A stretch of DNA of 49,291 nt, filler included, from Streblomastix strix (lineage: Eukaryota): assembly GCA_008636045.1 (NCBI GenBank). It is 3 parts of 3 records of this genome, joined end to end, with 100 filler letters (N's around TTAATTAATTAA, not from the genome) between each part and the next. Parts side by side here need not be neighbours in the genome. Positions count along the whole stretch, not along the records: positions 1 to 16,365 come from SNRW01000826.1; positions 16,466 to 32,830 come from SNRW01000827.1; 1 more part is not named here. One strand, written 5' to 3'. A program made the translations under genes and the position numbers. Numbering within the stretch: position 1 is the first letter of the stretch; each line of letters starts with the position of its first letter. The notes beneath the pieces are model-generated. The model saw nothing but the letters and a program-made list of their open reading frames with translations, had not been told where the DNA came from and did not search any database. Below are positions 12,356-24,899 of the stretch, piece after piece.

Positions 12356-15300
12356 TCAACGGGCCTCGTTTCGTTCCCCTGCTGCAACCTGAAATGCTCT
12401 GCGAATGTAATCAAAAGATATTGAAGATGCATTTTGAAGTTACTGACCATGTGCCATAGTGAATTCTGGCATGTATTACTTCACCAATGAAATCACTCTA
12501 TATGATCCATGAAGTAATGCTTTCACACTTCCTCTTATTGGAGCCATACTCTTCATTCTTATTCCTGATGGAGATGTCAGATGTCTTTCTACATTAGAAT
12601 ATCCAAAAGGTTTTGGTGAGTGCATTCCAAGAGCTTATGACATTGATGCTGTTTATCTTGCTGTTTCTTCTGCTCTTCCTTCAAATACAATCAATTCCCA
12701 TAACAATGAAGATAGTATTCTCCAACATGCATTTTCTTTATCAATTACAACTTCATATTTCTTATTTCCTCCGAAAATTTATTTTTCTTTCTCATTTACA
12801 CATTCAAATGGTTGCATCTTATATCTTGGACGTCCAAGTTCGCATAGAAGTCTATCATATGAAAGTAATTGGATGTATGCAAATGCAAATTGAGGTTAAT
12901 GTTGTGGAGCTATACTCAATAATGCACATCCAAATAATCTGGCATAAAATGATCCTATTCCACTTTCTTATGAAATTCGTTCTGATTCTTCTTTTCCAAT
13001 AAAAACTCTTTCTTTCTTTTATTAATCAATTGATGATCTTAAATCCAGATTATTGTTTTATTATCTTTCTTTATTTTAATTTATTTCTTTTTTCTCATTA
13101 TTATCTTCATCATTATTTTATTAATTCATCTCTTATTTCTCCTCATTGCTATTTATTTTATCAACATTAACATTCAATTTTGAATTTCCTCTCAGACTTT
13201 CAATCGGAAGACAAATATATTGCATGATTAATACCATAAGAACTCTCAAAGCTCTGAAATATATTCTTTAATCAATTCTAGATTCATTTCCTTTATGTAT
13301 TCCACGAATAATAACATAAAGAGATTCACGAATAACATTCATGAATATTGGTGAAGAAAGAATCTCAATCGTTCTTTTTCTTCCAAATTCTTCATTTTCA
13401 TCTCTTTCATTAGATTCAAATAATGCAATTCCTAATTTAATTACAAATCTGCAGAATTCATCAATAGATTAATAGTTGAAATGAAGAGCATCATTTGAAA
13501 GACTTTAAATAAGAAGAGTTCCTCTAGTTGTTGATATTGAATTTAAAGATGTTGCAGAAGAAGCAGTTGAAGGTGGAGTTTAAGATGAAGATTATGATGA
13601 AGATGAATAAATAGAAGTAATTGAATTGTGTTATGTATTATGAGATGTATGTGATGTTACTGATATTGCAGATAGAGTTGATTCAGCTCGTACAGATGGA
13701 TCAAATAAAGTTGGAATTGATGTTTCATCTCCTTCAATACTTTATATTCTTCCTCTTTCTTATCTTTATGATTATCCTTACCAATAATCTATTCCTTATT
13801 CTTTCAATTCAAAATAATCTTCTTAATTTTAAATTCCTCTTTTCTTTTTCTTCTTTCTTTCAAATTCAATATTCATTTGTTAATTATCTTCATTTTAATT
13901 TGAATTTTCTTTATCTTTTTCTTTATCTTTATTAATATTTTTCACCAATGATTCTTATTATTCAAGCATTCCAGATGTTTCTGCATTATCTAATATTTGA
14001 AACTTTTTTATCATTTTCTTATTTATGCATTATTCAACTGCTATATCAAATAATGTAAATAATAACCCTCTTACTTTTTATACTTCAATTTATATTTCTA
14101 TTTATCCAGGAATCAGCAATCTCATAATAGGAAGAATATTTTCATTTTGCTTTTCATTGTCTTTCAAATTTGATATTTTATTTACGTTTGTATCTTAATT
14201 TATATTTATATCTTTAATTTCTTCTTTTCCATTAAAATCTCTTTGTTTCTCAATTTCATTAATAAATAATGGATTTGGAGCATCACAACATTCTTTTTAA
14301 CTTTTAATCATCTCTTTTTGTTCTTATTCTCCAATCGATGATGCAAATAATCTTCTGTCAATAAGTTCTTCAATTATCCAACTGTCAACAATACTCAAAT
14401 CAAATATAGGTGGAAATTGAATATTTTATATAGTTTATAAATTTTTGTTGATCCAAATATCAAATATCTATTTTATTATTTATTTATTCTTTAAGTTATA
14501 AAGTTTCCAATATTCAATTAATATTTCTCTTTATTATTATCTTTCTCTAACTCCTTTTACTGTTTATTATTAACCAATAATAATGTTAGATAGTTTAATT
14601 TATTATTATTATTCAGTTATTCCTTTTCTTTACCTTTTATTTATCATTATTCTTTAATTCATTTAATTTTAATTCTAAATATCTTATCTTCTTTTCATTA
14701 TTCCTCTTCCACTTCCTCTTCCTTTAATATTTAATCTATTTCCTTATGATTAAATCATTTATCCTTATTTAATTTATTCATTCCTTTATTTATTCTAATT
14801 TATATTATTATTATTCATTCTTTCTTACTCGGAATTATTCATATTCATATCTCTTAATTTTCTATCATTCAAATTAGGACTTCTGCTTCTGCTTCTTCTT
14901 CTATTTTATATTTCATTTTCACTCCAACATTCACTTCCACTTTAACTAATACTTCTGCTATAACTTCCACTTCTACTTTAACTTTAGCTTTAACTTTAAC
15001 TTTCACTTATACTTACACTTCTGCTTTAACTTTCATCTTCATCTTCATCATCAATTGGATTCAATTATTATTTCCTTTTTTTATTCATTTCAATATTCTC
15101 ACTTTCACTTATAACACTACCACTCATACTTTCACTTCTACTTGTACTTCTTCCACTGCTTAATTATTCTTATTCTTATTCTTAATTTTATTCTTTTTCT
15201 CTTCTTTTATTATCATGCTTAATATTTTATCCTCTTTATTCAACTTAAGATATTTATATTCCTTTAATTCTCTTTTTAATTTTATCTTTTTCTTTCTCAT

Positions 15301-17176
15301 TTTATATATTCATTTCTTTATTATTATTTGAATTCATTATCAAATTATTTTATTCTTCATTTCCTTATTTCTGTTCTCTTTTTTGATTTTCTTATGGAAT
15401 TGATGATAAAACTGGTGATTATATTGAACCTTATATTTATATTTATTCATTCTAATCAACACTACTATTCATTTTCATTTATTTATTCATTTGTATTTAT
15501 TAATTAATATTAATATTAATATTAATATTGTTTAAATTTATTCTTCCTTCTTTTTCATTAATCTTTAATTATTCATGCTATTTAATATAATTCAAATTAG
15601 AATAAGGATGTTTTATTCTTTCTATTGATATCTTCATTATTTCCATTTCTTTATTAATTTCATTCTACTTAATTTTATCTTTTTCATTCATTTATTTCAT
15701 TAAATCTTATTCTTATTCCTTTTTCTCATTAACTGAGATTTATTTCCATTATTCTAATATCTTCGTTATTATAAAACATAAAGAAACAATTTCATTTCCA
15801 ACCCATTATCCATTTCCTTAAAATAATCCATTACTCATCAGTTTATTATTATTCATTTTATTATTTTATGTATTTTTATCATTTTCATTGATATTATTAT
15901 TAACATTATTTATTAAATCAAATTTCTATACTCTTTATCCTTCATTATGAACATTAATAACCATTTCTAATATATTTCTTGTATCTTATTCAATTTTTCT
16001 TCTTTATTCTTCAATTTATCTTTTAAATTATTCAATTTATTCCATTTCAACTCTCATTCTCAAAATATTTCCTTCCGTTTCATTGATTTTCTTTTTCATT
16101 TCAATAATAACAGTTTCTTCTTATTCACTTTTTTCTGTTGTTTATTCTTATTATTACTGTTATTATAAGTGTTATTATTTCAATAATGCAGATTGTGCAT
16201 TTAATTATCTTCTTTTCTCTTCTAATACTACAATATCTCTCGTTATTTATTCTTATTTAAATGAATATTAATGAGTCAATTTTTCAAAATATATTTTCTT
16301 TTAATTTCGAGCTTCAATTTCTCTTTCCATTTATTTTGTTTCTCCTTCATCAATTATTCTCAGAANNNNNNNNNNNNNNNNNNNNNNNNNNNNNNNNNNN
16401 NNNNNNNNNTTAATTAATTAANNNNNNNNNNNNNNNNNNNNNNNNNNNNNNNNNNNNNNNNNNNNTTATAGTAATCCTTATAAGAAGCTAGCAAAGTGCT
16501 TTGACATTCCATCTGGATAATAAACTTCAGTGTTATTAAGGATGTGAATAAGTTGTCCATAACTTTCAGCTACAAAAGGTGGCTTCCCGACATACAACTC
16601 ATAAAGTAGAGCACCGAGTGACCATAAATCAGATCTCCAATCATAACTTCTTCCTCCATTGATTATTTCTGGTGCCATATATAGTGGTGTTCCTTTAACT
16701 GAATTCATCACTCCCGAATTCTGATCAAGGATTCGTGCAAATCCAAAGTCGCATAGTTTGATTGTTCCATTTGAGTCAATAAGGATATTCTGAGGTTTAA
16801 GATCTCGATGCGTGATGTTTTTATCATGAAGATATTTCAGTGCATAAATAAGTTATCTCGAAATCCAATGAATTTCATCTTCTGAGAAATTCTTGTCATT
16901 TTCGAGTAGTTTTGACAAATCACTTTATCCAAATTCAGTTACAACAACAAAATCACTATCCGTCTCAAAATAATCAAGGAATTGGATAATATTCTCATGT
17001 TCTAATGAGCGCAAGACTTCAACTTCATCCATGAAACTGGTATCTTTGCCTTTTCCATGTTTACTGATGTATTTCATTGCTACCACATGCCCTGAATACC
17101 TAAGCCTGCCTTTAAACACTCTTCCAAAAGATCCTTCTCCTATCACATGTAGTAAAATATACTTTTATTCACTCAT
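12356..17176 (-). CDS. STK36: Fused/STK36 (ULK-family) Ser/Thr protein kinase with long low-complexity C-terminal region, ~1600 aa; spans an assembly gap
   Basis: ATG at 17176: [42 protein letters not shown] ... HRDLKPQNILIDSNGTIKLCDFGFAR ... KGTPLYMAPE ... DLWSLG, which matches the Fused/TIO N-terminus. Below the gap, 16365-12356 is a TGA-free frame in the same register ending at TGA 12356-12358. The gap is about the size of the missing end of the kinase domain. Confidence 0.85.
16366..16465. other. Assembly gap with artificial TTAATTAATTAA linker
   Basis: 44 N + TTAATTAATTAA + 44 N. Confidence 0.95.
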
Positions 17177-17903
17177 TTCTGAGAATAATGTAAGTAAACA
17201 TTAGAAAAAAAAAGTAAAATAAAAAATATATGATATTGTAACGGAAAGAAAAAAATGAGTTATAAAAAAAAACGGATATTTGGATGATTGTAAGAATTGT
17301 GATTAAGCTAAAATTTGTAATCAATTTATAAAAGATATATAAAGCCATTAAAATATTAATGAAACCGATTCAATTGATAAATTGTATAATATGATGAATA
17401 TTTAAATAAGCTGTGTTTGCTATTAAATTGAATCAAATAATGCTGTTGTTGTTTAATTATATTTATATGTTAAATTAAATTAAAAAAGAAATAATTCAAA
17501 TGCAAGTACGGACTTTTAGTTCGTATAAAATGCATTTTAGTTTTGAAAATTGATTAATTTTTATATCAGTTGAACATTTTCAAAAATATATAAATTATCT
17601 GTAATTTGGAATAAGTTAAAATTACAGTTAAAAATGAATATAAATAAAATTTATTTTAAATGTTTGATTAACGTTGAAAATTGGTTTTATGAATAATTAA
17701 TCAATTTCTATTACGGCATATTGAAAACCTTAATAATTTATTGAAAGTTATATTAATTCTTGCAATATATATATTTGAATCGATTTAACATCTAATAAAT
17801 ACTTGTAAAGTGCTAATTAAATTAAATAAAAACAATAATTAAATTAGTTTAAATAAATATTAAAATAAACTGGATTCTAAAAGTAAAATTGGTAAAATAG
17901 CAT

Positions 17904-18486
17904 ATTGGTGGTGGCCGAATATATATATAATTCATATGCCATTAGATAGAGCGCGTGACATACATCACTATTTACTAATCTCATTTCATCTGGAGTATGG
18001 ACCAATGTTGAGGAACGGAGGGATGAAGTTTGAAAATTTAGGTCTTTTTGCTTATAATTTTTTTATATATTGATTTAAATTTAGTTGTTTCTTAGACTCT
18101 AACCCATCATTTGAGAAGGCACGCAAAGCTCATTATTATTAGACCCTAACCCGCCTTTAGAAAAGGCATGCAAAGCTCATTATTTTTAAACTCTAACCCT
18201 TCATTCGAAAAGGCACGCAAAGCTCATTCGACGTTGACACTTACCCAAATTATTAATGATAAACATAATATAAGCAATATTATGCTGAATTATAATAAAA
18301 TAATCTAAAAATATGAAAAAAAATAAAAAAAATTATAAGCAAAAAGACCTAAAATTTCAAACTTCATCCCACCGTTCCTCAACATTGGTCTATACTCCAG
18401 ATGAAATGAGATTAGTAAACAGTGATGTATGTCACGCTCTCTATCTAATGACATATGAATTATATATGTATTCGGCCACCACCAAT
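17904..18486. mobile_element. MITE-like non-autonomous element with ~160-bp terminal inverted repeats
   Basis: ATTGGTGGTGGCCGAATA...GGTCTTTTTGCTTATAATTTTTT (17904-~18064) is the near-perfect reverse complement of ~18325-18486. No internal transposase, and no clear TSD seen. Confidence 0.85.
18093..18228 (+). repeat. Three tandem 47-bp repeats inside the MITE
   Basis: Units start at 18093, 18140 and 18187: TA.AC.CTAACCC-(variable)-AAGGCA.GCAAAGCTCATT. Confidence 0.85.
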
Positions 18487-20559
18487 TTACCATCTCCCCA
18501 TAAAATTATAACAAGGTTTATTGTCTATGAGAACACAATAAATTTTCAATATCCTAACTTTAGCAAATTAATAACGTAAATATTATATTTAAAAACTTTT
18601 TTTTAAATAGAGAATACTTTCGACTATTTGAAGTGTTCTCTAGGTAGCACTTCATCCAATACTATCTAATATGTAGCTTTATCAAGGACTGGAAAAGAAA
18701 TTATTACGCACTGTTCTTTTTATAATATCTAATTTTCTATTTCATCTTTCAGTTTCACTTATATATCATCTATTTAACTTTTAGTTTATTTAAGTTAGTC
18801 ATACAATTGTTTTTCCATTTTATATAAACATATTAATAATTATGAACAGATAAATAAATCAGAGTCATTAAATGTTGTATCATATTCTTCATGTTATTCA
18901 GGATATTCATGTCATTATTACTATTTCTATTGATTTTTCTCCTGTATTTCTTCTTTTTCGGTAACTTTTTAATTTGATTGTTTGAATTGTTCAATTTTCA
19001 ACTTATATTTGTCTATTTATTTAACTGCATCAGAATTTTGTTACTTAATGAATTTGTTTCCAGTTCACAATCTTACTAATTTTTCCAAATCAAGTTATAG
19101 ATTAGTGTAATTTATTTATTGGACTTATTCTGCTACTTTTGAACGATATTTTTAATTTATTTGAGTTATGGTTTCCGAATTGGCTTATCTTACTGAGTAG
19201 TTGCTTGATCATCACTTTCTTTTTCAGAATCCAATTATTTTTGCGACACATTCTAATCATAACCAATTGAATCATCATCGTCGCAAAAAGAATTTCTTAT
19301 ATATTTTAAAATTTTTTCAGTTACTTTGAATCTATGTTTCTGCGAGTAAATTATAATTATTTTTTTCTGTTATGTTATTGAGATTTTCGCTTCTATTTAT
19401 TACTTTCATCGAACACCTAAACGTCTTTTCTAACGTATATCATATACTTATAGTGCATATTCAAAATCAAATGTAATTATTTATTTATAAAATCGTTTCC
19501 ATTTTGTGTATCAAAAAATATAGTAAAATTTTTAGTTTACATTTATCAATTGTTTTGACATGCGAACGATAAAGCATTTTCATTTTCTCAGATGATAATA
19601 TTAATTTTTAGAGTTTTGAATATATCATAGGCCGTTCTAGCATAATAACTAACAAATTATAGTTCAATTTAAAATTGCGCTAGATTGAATCTAAATAAAA
19701 ATCTCTCATTTTTATTGAAAATTTGAATTAGCATAAAAAATAAATCAAAATTGCTCGAGTTATGATATTAATTAACAAATAACTGTTTATGTTCATTTGT
19801 GGCATATATGATGAAGCATGAGCTGGAATTTTTAAATAACTTATATAAATATATATATCATTTCATAACTAATCCAACAAATATTTCATTAAATAATTTT
19901 CGAATTAAATATTGAAAAAATAAATATATTAGTTAATTTAATTTTCTAAAAAATAACTCCCTCTCATTCGATGGAAAAATGTACATATAGGTATGATCTA
20001 GAAAAAATGATATTAAAATACCAGTATTCTTAATTTGCACGGAGGTGAGACAGTAGGCCTGCAATCTCTATGAATAATTGTTACTGGAGAGGATTGTTGA
20101 TTAAGTTTTGGTTCTTACAAAGTTATAATAGTTCATAGGAGATATATCAATAGTGTTGAGTTATATTTCCGACATTTCACAAAATCCTATTGGGTAGTGA
20201 GGAATAAGCATAGTAGACATATTCACTACATGAGCATAGTCACTTATTTAGCTCAATTATTATTGTTCCCAATAAACAAAAAATGATTTTTTTATCAATA
20301 ATCATTCAAAATGCAAATTTTCATTGGGAAGACAGAAAAAAATGCTGATCTGCGAGTGAAATTGATCCAACCTGCCATATTTGCTTTTTATTAAATCCAT
20401 TTTGATTTTCCAAAAGTTGTATATGTTAAGGAACTTTAAATTGTGCCTACACTGTTAAGAATCTCTTATATTCTTGTTTTCACGATTGTGGTAGAGTTTG
20501 AATGCGATTCCCCGTTGAAGTTGACTTTAGCATGACTCTTGTTGGATTAATTTTTAGAT

Positions 20560-21190
20560 ATTCATATTGAGCAATGTTTAGGTTCAAAACGTAGCTTGCC
20601 AATTCGCAATGATTAATAAGTTTTGGAGAAGAGAATGCATATCCTATTTTAAAGTTTGACCAATCTCAGTTAAGAGCATTGGTTCCACTGCTATTCGTAT
20701 CCAGAATCTGAGTGAAGTAAGTTGGAAGTTGCGTGTTATTCATTACAGCGAATAGATCCACTTCTGGTATTATTTTAAGCTCTATGCAAAGTTGGAGAAA
20801 TGAATCAATATGAAGATATAAATCTCATTTATTCTTGAAACGGGATAATCTGACTGAAATTTAGTTATTTACGTCAATAATTTGCTTTTCATGGATTCTG
20901 CAATTATTTTCCAATAGAATTGTTAGTATTTCTGTCAATATTTCGTTCTAGGTTAGACTTGTAATATGTTTGATCAAAATTTGAAAAATTGTTGTATTAT
21001 CAGAAGACAGGCAAATTTCTTCGTCATTTTTCAGAAATTTCTAATGGAATATGTAAATTTTGGACGCCAGCTATCTGGCCCCCACTATTCACTCCATTTT
21101 GAAATGTTAAATCTTTAGGGTTTTATTGATAATTTTGCTGCAAATTATTATTCAAAATTTCGCTGATCGACTTTACACTTGGAATGTGGG
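20560..21190 (-). pseudogene. Relic of an older DIRS-type element (RNase H plus adenine-methyltransferase region)
   Basis: Minus strand reads ICLSSDNTT (RNase H), NQISVRLSR, PEVDLFA, NAL.*DW...YAFSSPKLI (decayed DLFA/YAFPP methyltransferase motifs) with internal TGA stops. Probably continues leftward to ~20000. Confidence 0.7.
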
Positions 21191-21859
21191 ACTAAGAATG
21201 ATTTTTTAGCATACCACGTATTTGGAGCTCAACCATTTATTTTAGAGACTGTCTGTCAAGCAATATGGGCCAGTCAATAAACCAAAATTGTTCACGAACA
21301 TGAAATGAGTATATATATTCAATTATACAAATTGTACAAATAAATTCAAAAAACAAAAATAAAATAATAATACTTAAACGATAATTCAAAAATTGTTAAT
21401 CATTTTTATCAAATACGTGCGCTTATGATTGTTTGTTCTGAATTGGGCTCCAAATTATTTGAATTTGTTCAATATCCATTCTTTCAGAGTCTATTAAATG
21501 AGTGTTGATAAAGTTAATTAGATGCAAATAAAGTTGATCTAACTGAAAAACATAAATAAATAAGTATAACATAAGTTGAATATAAATTAATGAAAGGTAA
21601 CTATATTATGCACTCATATTAATTAAATAATAAAAAGTAAAGAAAAATTTATGATCAAAAACATGTAAATCAGATAAATTAATTATACTGTTCTATAAAA
21701 GCAACAATCAACAACAAAACTATAAAAATATCAAACTAGTAGAGTTGCATTAAAGTGTGTATATGAAAAAAATCTACCAAAGTGCGGGATTAAACATATC
21801 ATTGAGGATGTGGTGAACTTATTAATGTCTATAGATTAATGTTTAATAATTGGTAAGGG

Positions 21860-21960
21860 TAAATGGTTGAGCTCCAAATACGTGGTATGCTACGATAACC
21901 ACTGACGTGATTATTTAAGCAACCACTTAGATTTGGAGCACCAATTTTTTTTAGAGACTG
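21860..21960. repeat. Internal complementary region (ICR) of DIRS element A
   Basis: 21860-21892 is the reverse complement of the element end 21207-21239; after CGA, 21896-21960 is the near reverse complement of the other end (~26917-26981). Confidence 0.9.
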
Positions 21961-21967
21961 ATATCAT

Positions 21968-22940
21968 TCAAAGTTTCGCTTGTCGCGTTCTTATCTTATC
22001 ATTCAAGTTCTTGTCATAATGATTTGCAACCGCCTGTGAACCATTCCTGTATCTTGTTGCTCTGTTAATCTCAGTTTTTGTTGCACCTTAGTCAATTGAT
22101 TTGGTCATTGATGAAGATTTGATCGAGGTGACTATGTATCCTGTGGGAATCTTACATGCTTTCATTACAATATGAACTGCTTTTGATGTTTATTCGTATG
22201 ATGCTACTCTATTCTTGGAGTATAATCACCAAACCGGGAGTTTTCATCTTTTTTCATTCTTCTATTCATCCAGGAACTCAACCATTATGTTGGGTAGATG
22301 CTTAGGTCTTCTAGCGGTCTGAATATAACTGTAACACCTGCATCATGACCTTTAAACATTGCTGTTTTCACTTACCAGCATCCTTTAGGTAGTTTCAAAA
22401 CCATGGCTTTGTGGACTTCAATCAGACGAAGAGTTGAATATCTTATTATTATTGCAATTACTATACCTAAGAATTTTATTTCAGATAATTACGTTTTCTG
22501 ATCGGACTTGCTTTTAATGTATTTCTACAATTGATCAGAATTCTATACATATTGTTCCTTAATCGATTTCCTCATTCCAGCTTAAGGTTTCTTCATAATC
22601 TATTACAATGCTACACCATTAATCTTCTCCATCTTGAATCCCTATAGCTGGAACAATGTACTTAATGCTGATCGACAATTTGCTTGATTTGCATTTGTAG
22701 CATCTTCAGTTTCCAATTAAGAAATGAAATTTGATATAATTTGTTCTGAGTCTTCAACATTCAGTATATCTTCTCTTATTTTCCCTTAACTGGTCTAATA
22801 TTCATCAAGTTGCCCTAATCTTTGACGATGCCTTCTCCAAGCCTCATGACAACCGCTTATGACGTTCTAGATAGCAATGCTGGTAATATCTCTTTAAATA
22901 AGAACCCATCCGAATAATTCTTCTCCTCTGTTACCTCTAA
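21968..22940 (-). pseudogene. Tyrosine recombinase of DIRS element A (frameshifted)
   Basis: EAWRRHRQRLG...NCRSALSTLF...YSTLRLIEV (R box)...VTSIKSSSMTK...INRATRYRNGSQAVANHYDKNLNDKIR (catalytic Tyr region), ending at TGA 21968-21970. 5' boundary approximate. Confidence 0.8.
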
Positions 22941-24840
22941 TAAGACAGCCATCATTCTTCCTGGTGGTAGGTGCTTCTTTTACTTCCTCTTCTTACCCCT
23001 GGGACTAAGACGTCTGCGCTTTCTCATTAAATAATCAATCTTGATGTCATCTTCATGAGTACAGGCCACCACGGTTGAGATGGCCAATATCATAGAATCA
23101 TCAGAGCTTATACCTTCTCTTCCATTAGTTTGTTTAGAGTTTGCTGTATCAGAGGGATAGGAGGGTGTAGATACGGTTCTTCTAGTTGCCATGATATTGA
23201 GACTCAATCCTGGGCTACAGCCCATTTATCCTGCGACAGGCTAACAAATCTCCTGAACTTTCTATTGCGGCGATTGGAGAACATATCGATCGATGGTCTT
23301 ATCTTTAACATTATCAATACCTCTTGTAAGATTTCTTCTTTGAGGTAAAAATCGCCCGATGTGGCAAGTCTAGAAAGAGAATCTGGAATCGTATTCTACT
23401 TACCATGGATGTGAAATGCATGAATTTGAAGCTACAAGTCCTCTGCCACTTCTAATATTCTGTCAGTCAGTTTCAGCAGAAACATTGTTGCTGCACTTCC
23501 ATTCAGATTAAACGCAGTAGATCTGTTATCTGTTTCGATTTTTAGTGACTGTACCTGCTGCTCTCTCAAGAAAAGTGCTGAATGGAGTAACCCGCAAAGA
23601 ACGGCAGCAGATTCTCTCTAGTTGCTGCTTGTTGATCTCCAATGATTGTTTTTGTTACCCTAAAACCATATCTTCTACTTATTACGATTGATTTTGAGTG
23701 TTGCACCCTATGAGTCTTGAGATGCGTCTGTTGTTAAGATGGCTTGTCGTTGCTACAGAGTGGCTCTAATCGGTTTACTCTACTCGATCTTACTCTTCCA
23801 CGAGAATACTTCTGACAATGTGATCTTGCCCAGATACATCTTACTTTTCCATACTCTAATAATCGCTGCTCTTTGCTTCAACTTATTCAACTTTTTTCAT
23901 GTGGAGGTCCCCTCTCTTGATTTTTAGTCTAAAGAAATTCAATTGATCGATGAAACTTGCTTGAAACTTCACTTTAACTAAAGTCCTTTGATGAATTTTT
24001 CTTTTCCATCTTCCGATCAGATTTAGCATCTTCTATCTTCTGGAGTTTGATATCATTATCTGATTGAGTCTTGAGTTGATCTACAATCTTAGGAATTCGA
24101 TTTCTTAAGTTGGTTAGAAGGAGGATTTGTCTTCTGAGATCTTCCAGCCGAATTCGCAAAGAATCTACAGAATATTTTACTTTTTAATCTCCAATTCATC
24201 TCTATTCTAGCATAGCAAAATCAGATAGTCGCAATACGATGCGCCTCTCACTTCCAACTTCTATTTAATTAGCTTCATGACTGGTCTTAACGTCTTGTGG
24301 AATATTAGTGGTGCATGTCTCACCTCAAAACACATTGCTTTGTATTGATAGTACCGATTCCTATGGTAAAACCTCAGGAAAGGTCTGAACTCTGGATCCA
24401 CTAGAATATGATGGAAGGCAGATTGTAGATCTGTCTTTATCATCCAATCGTTGGGTAACAAGATCTCTCTTACTGTATTGATATCCTCCATTATAAAATG
24501 ATTTGTTCTTAGGAATCTATTCAGAATCGAACAATCGGTTATCTTTCTCCAATTAGCAGGGTCGCTTTTGGGTATTGCAAAACAAGGATTCACCCTTGCT
24601 AGATCTTCGAATGTTACCTTTCCCACAATCTGCTCTTAGACTTCTTAGTCGATTAATTAATCCAACGCTCTCAAACTGTCTCTGACCTTGTTTGGATGAA
24701 CCTCTATTTGTTCCTTCTCAATATCTCTGGGCACTCCAGATATATCCAATAAGCCTTAATCCCTCTTTAGATTAATTGATCGGCTCCAATCTGTTACCAA
24801 ACTCGGATAAAGTGGATCAGCCTGCCCCTGATTGGAATAA
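22860..24840 (-). pseudogene. Reverse transcriptase-RNase H-DNA adenine methyltransferase (pol) of DIRS element A
   Basis: IPIRGRLIHFIRVW; NPCFAIPKSDPANWRKITDCSILN; KTDLQSAFHHI; YCDY (mutated YxDD, 24225-24236); TTDASQ, SSNQRE, IETDN, HIHGKQNTIPDSLSR (RNase H); SIDMFS...YLHPPIPLI (MT). Stops or frameshifts present; boundaries approximate. Confidence 0.88.
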
Positions 24841-24899
24841 TCTCTAATACTGGAGTATGCTAGATATTATTAATACCTTGTAGATCCTGAGGGGAGTTC

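Noticed and set aside
7466..16271. Hydrophobic F/L/I-rich ORFs in the supplied track (e.g. 11828..12256, 12613..13002, 13621..13935)
   Set aside because: They are antisense or off-frame shadows of the real code-6 MROH1-like and kinase genes, not membrane proteins.
16410..16421. TTAATTAATTAA palindrome within N runs (also at 32875-32886)
   Set aside because: Identical artificial stop linker in both 100-bp gaps; assembly artefact.
18093..18228. Repeat-variable-repeat pattern resembling a CRISPR array (also 2512-2606)
   Set aside because: Units are head-to-tail with homologous, very short variable parts; no unique spacers, no cas genes, eukaryotic context.
18305..18579. Track ORFs 18305..18493 and 18313..18579
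   Set aside because: They lie within the MITE inverted repeat and show no recognisable domain.
18600..19460. Minus-strand stretch with K/Q/E codon bias
   Set aside because: Multiple frameshifts and TGA stops and no motif; too decayed to call.
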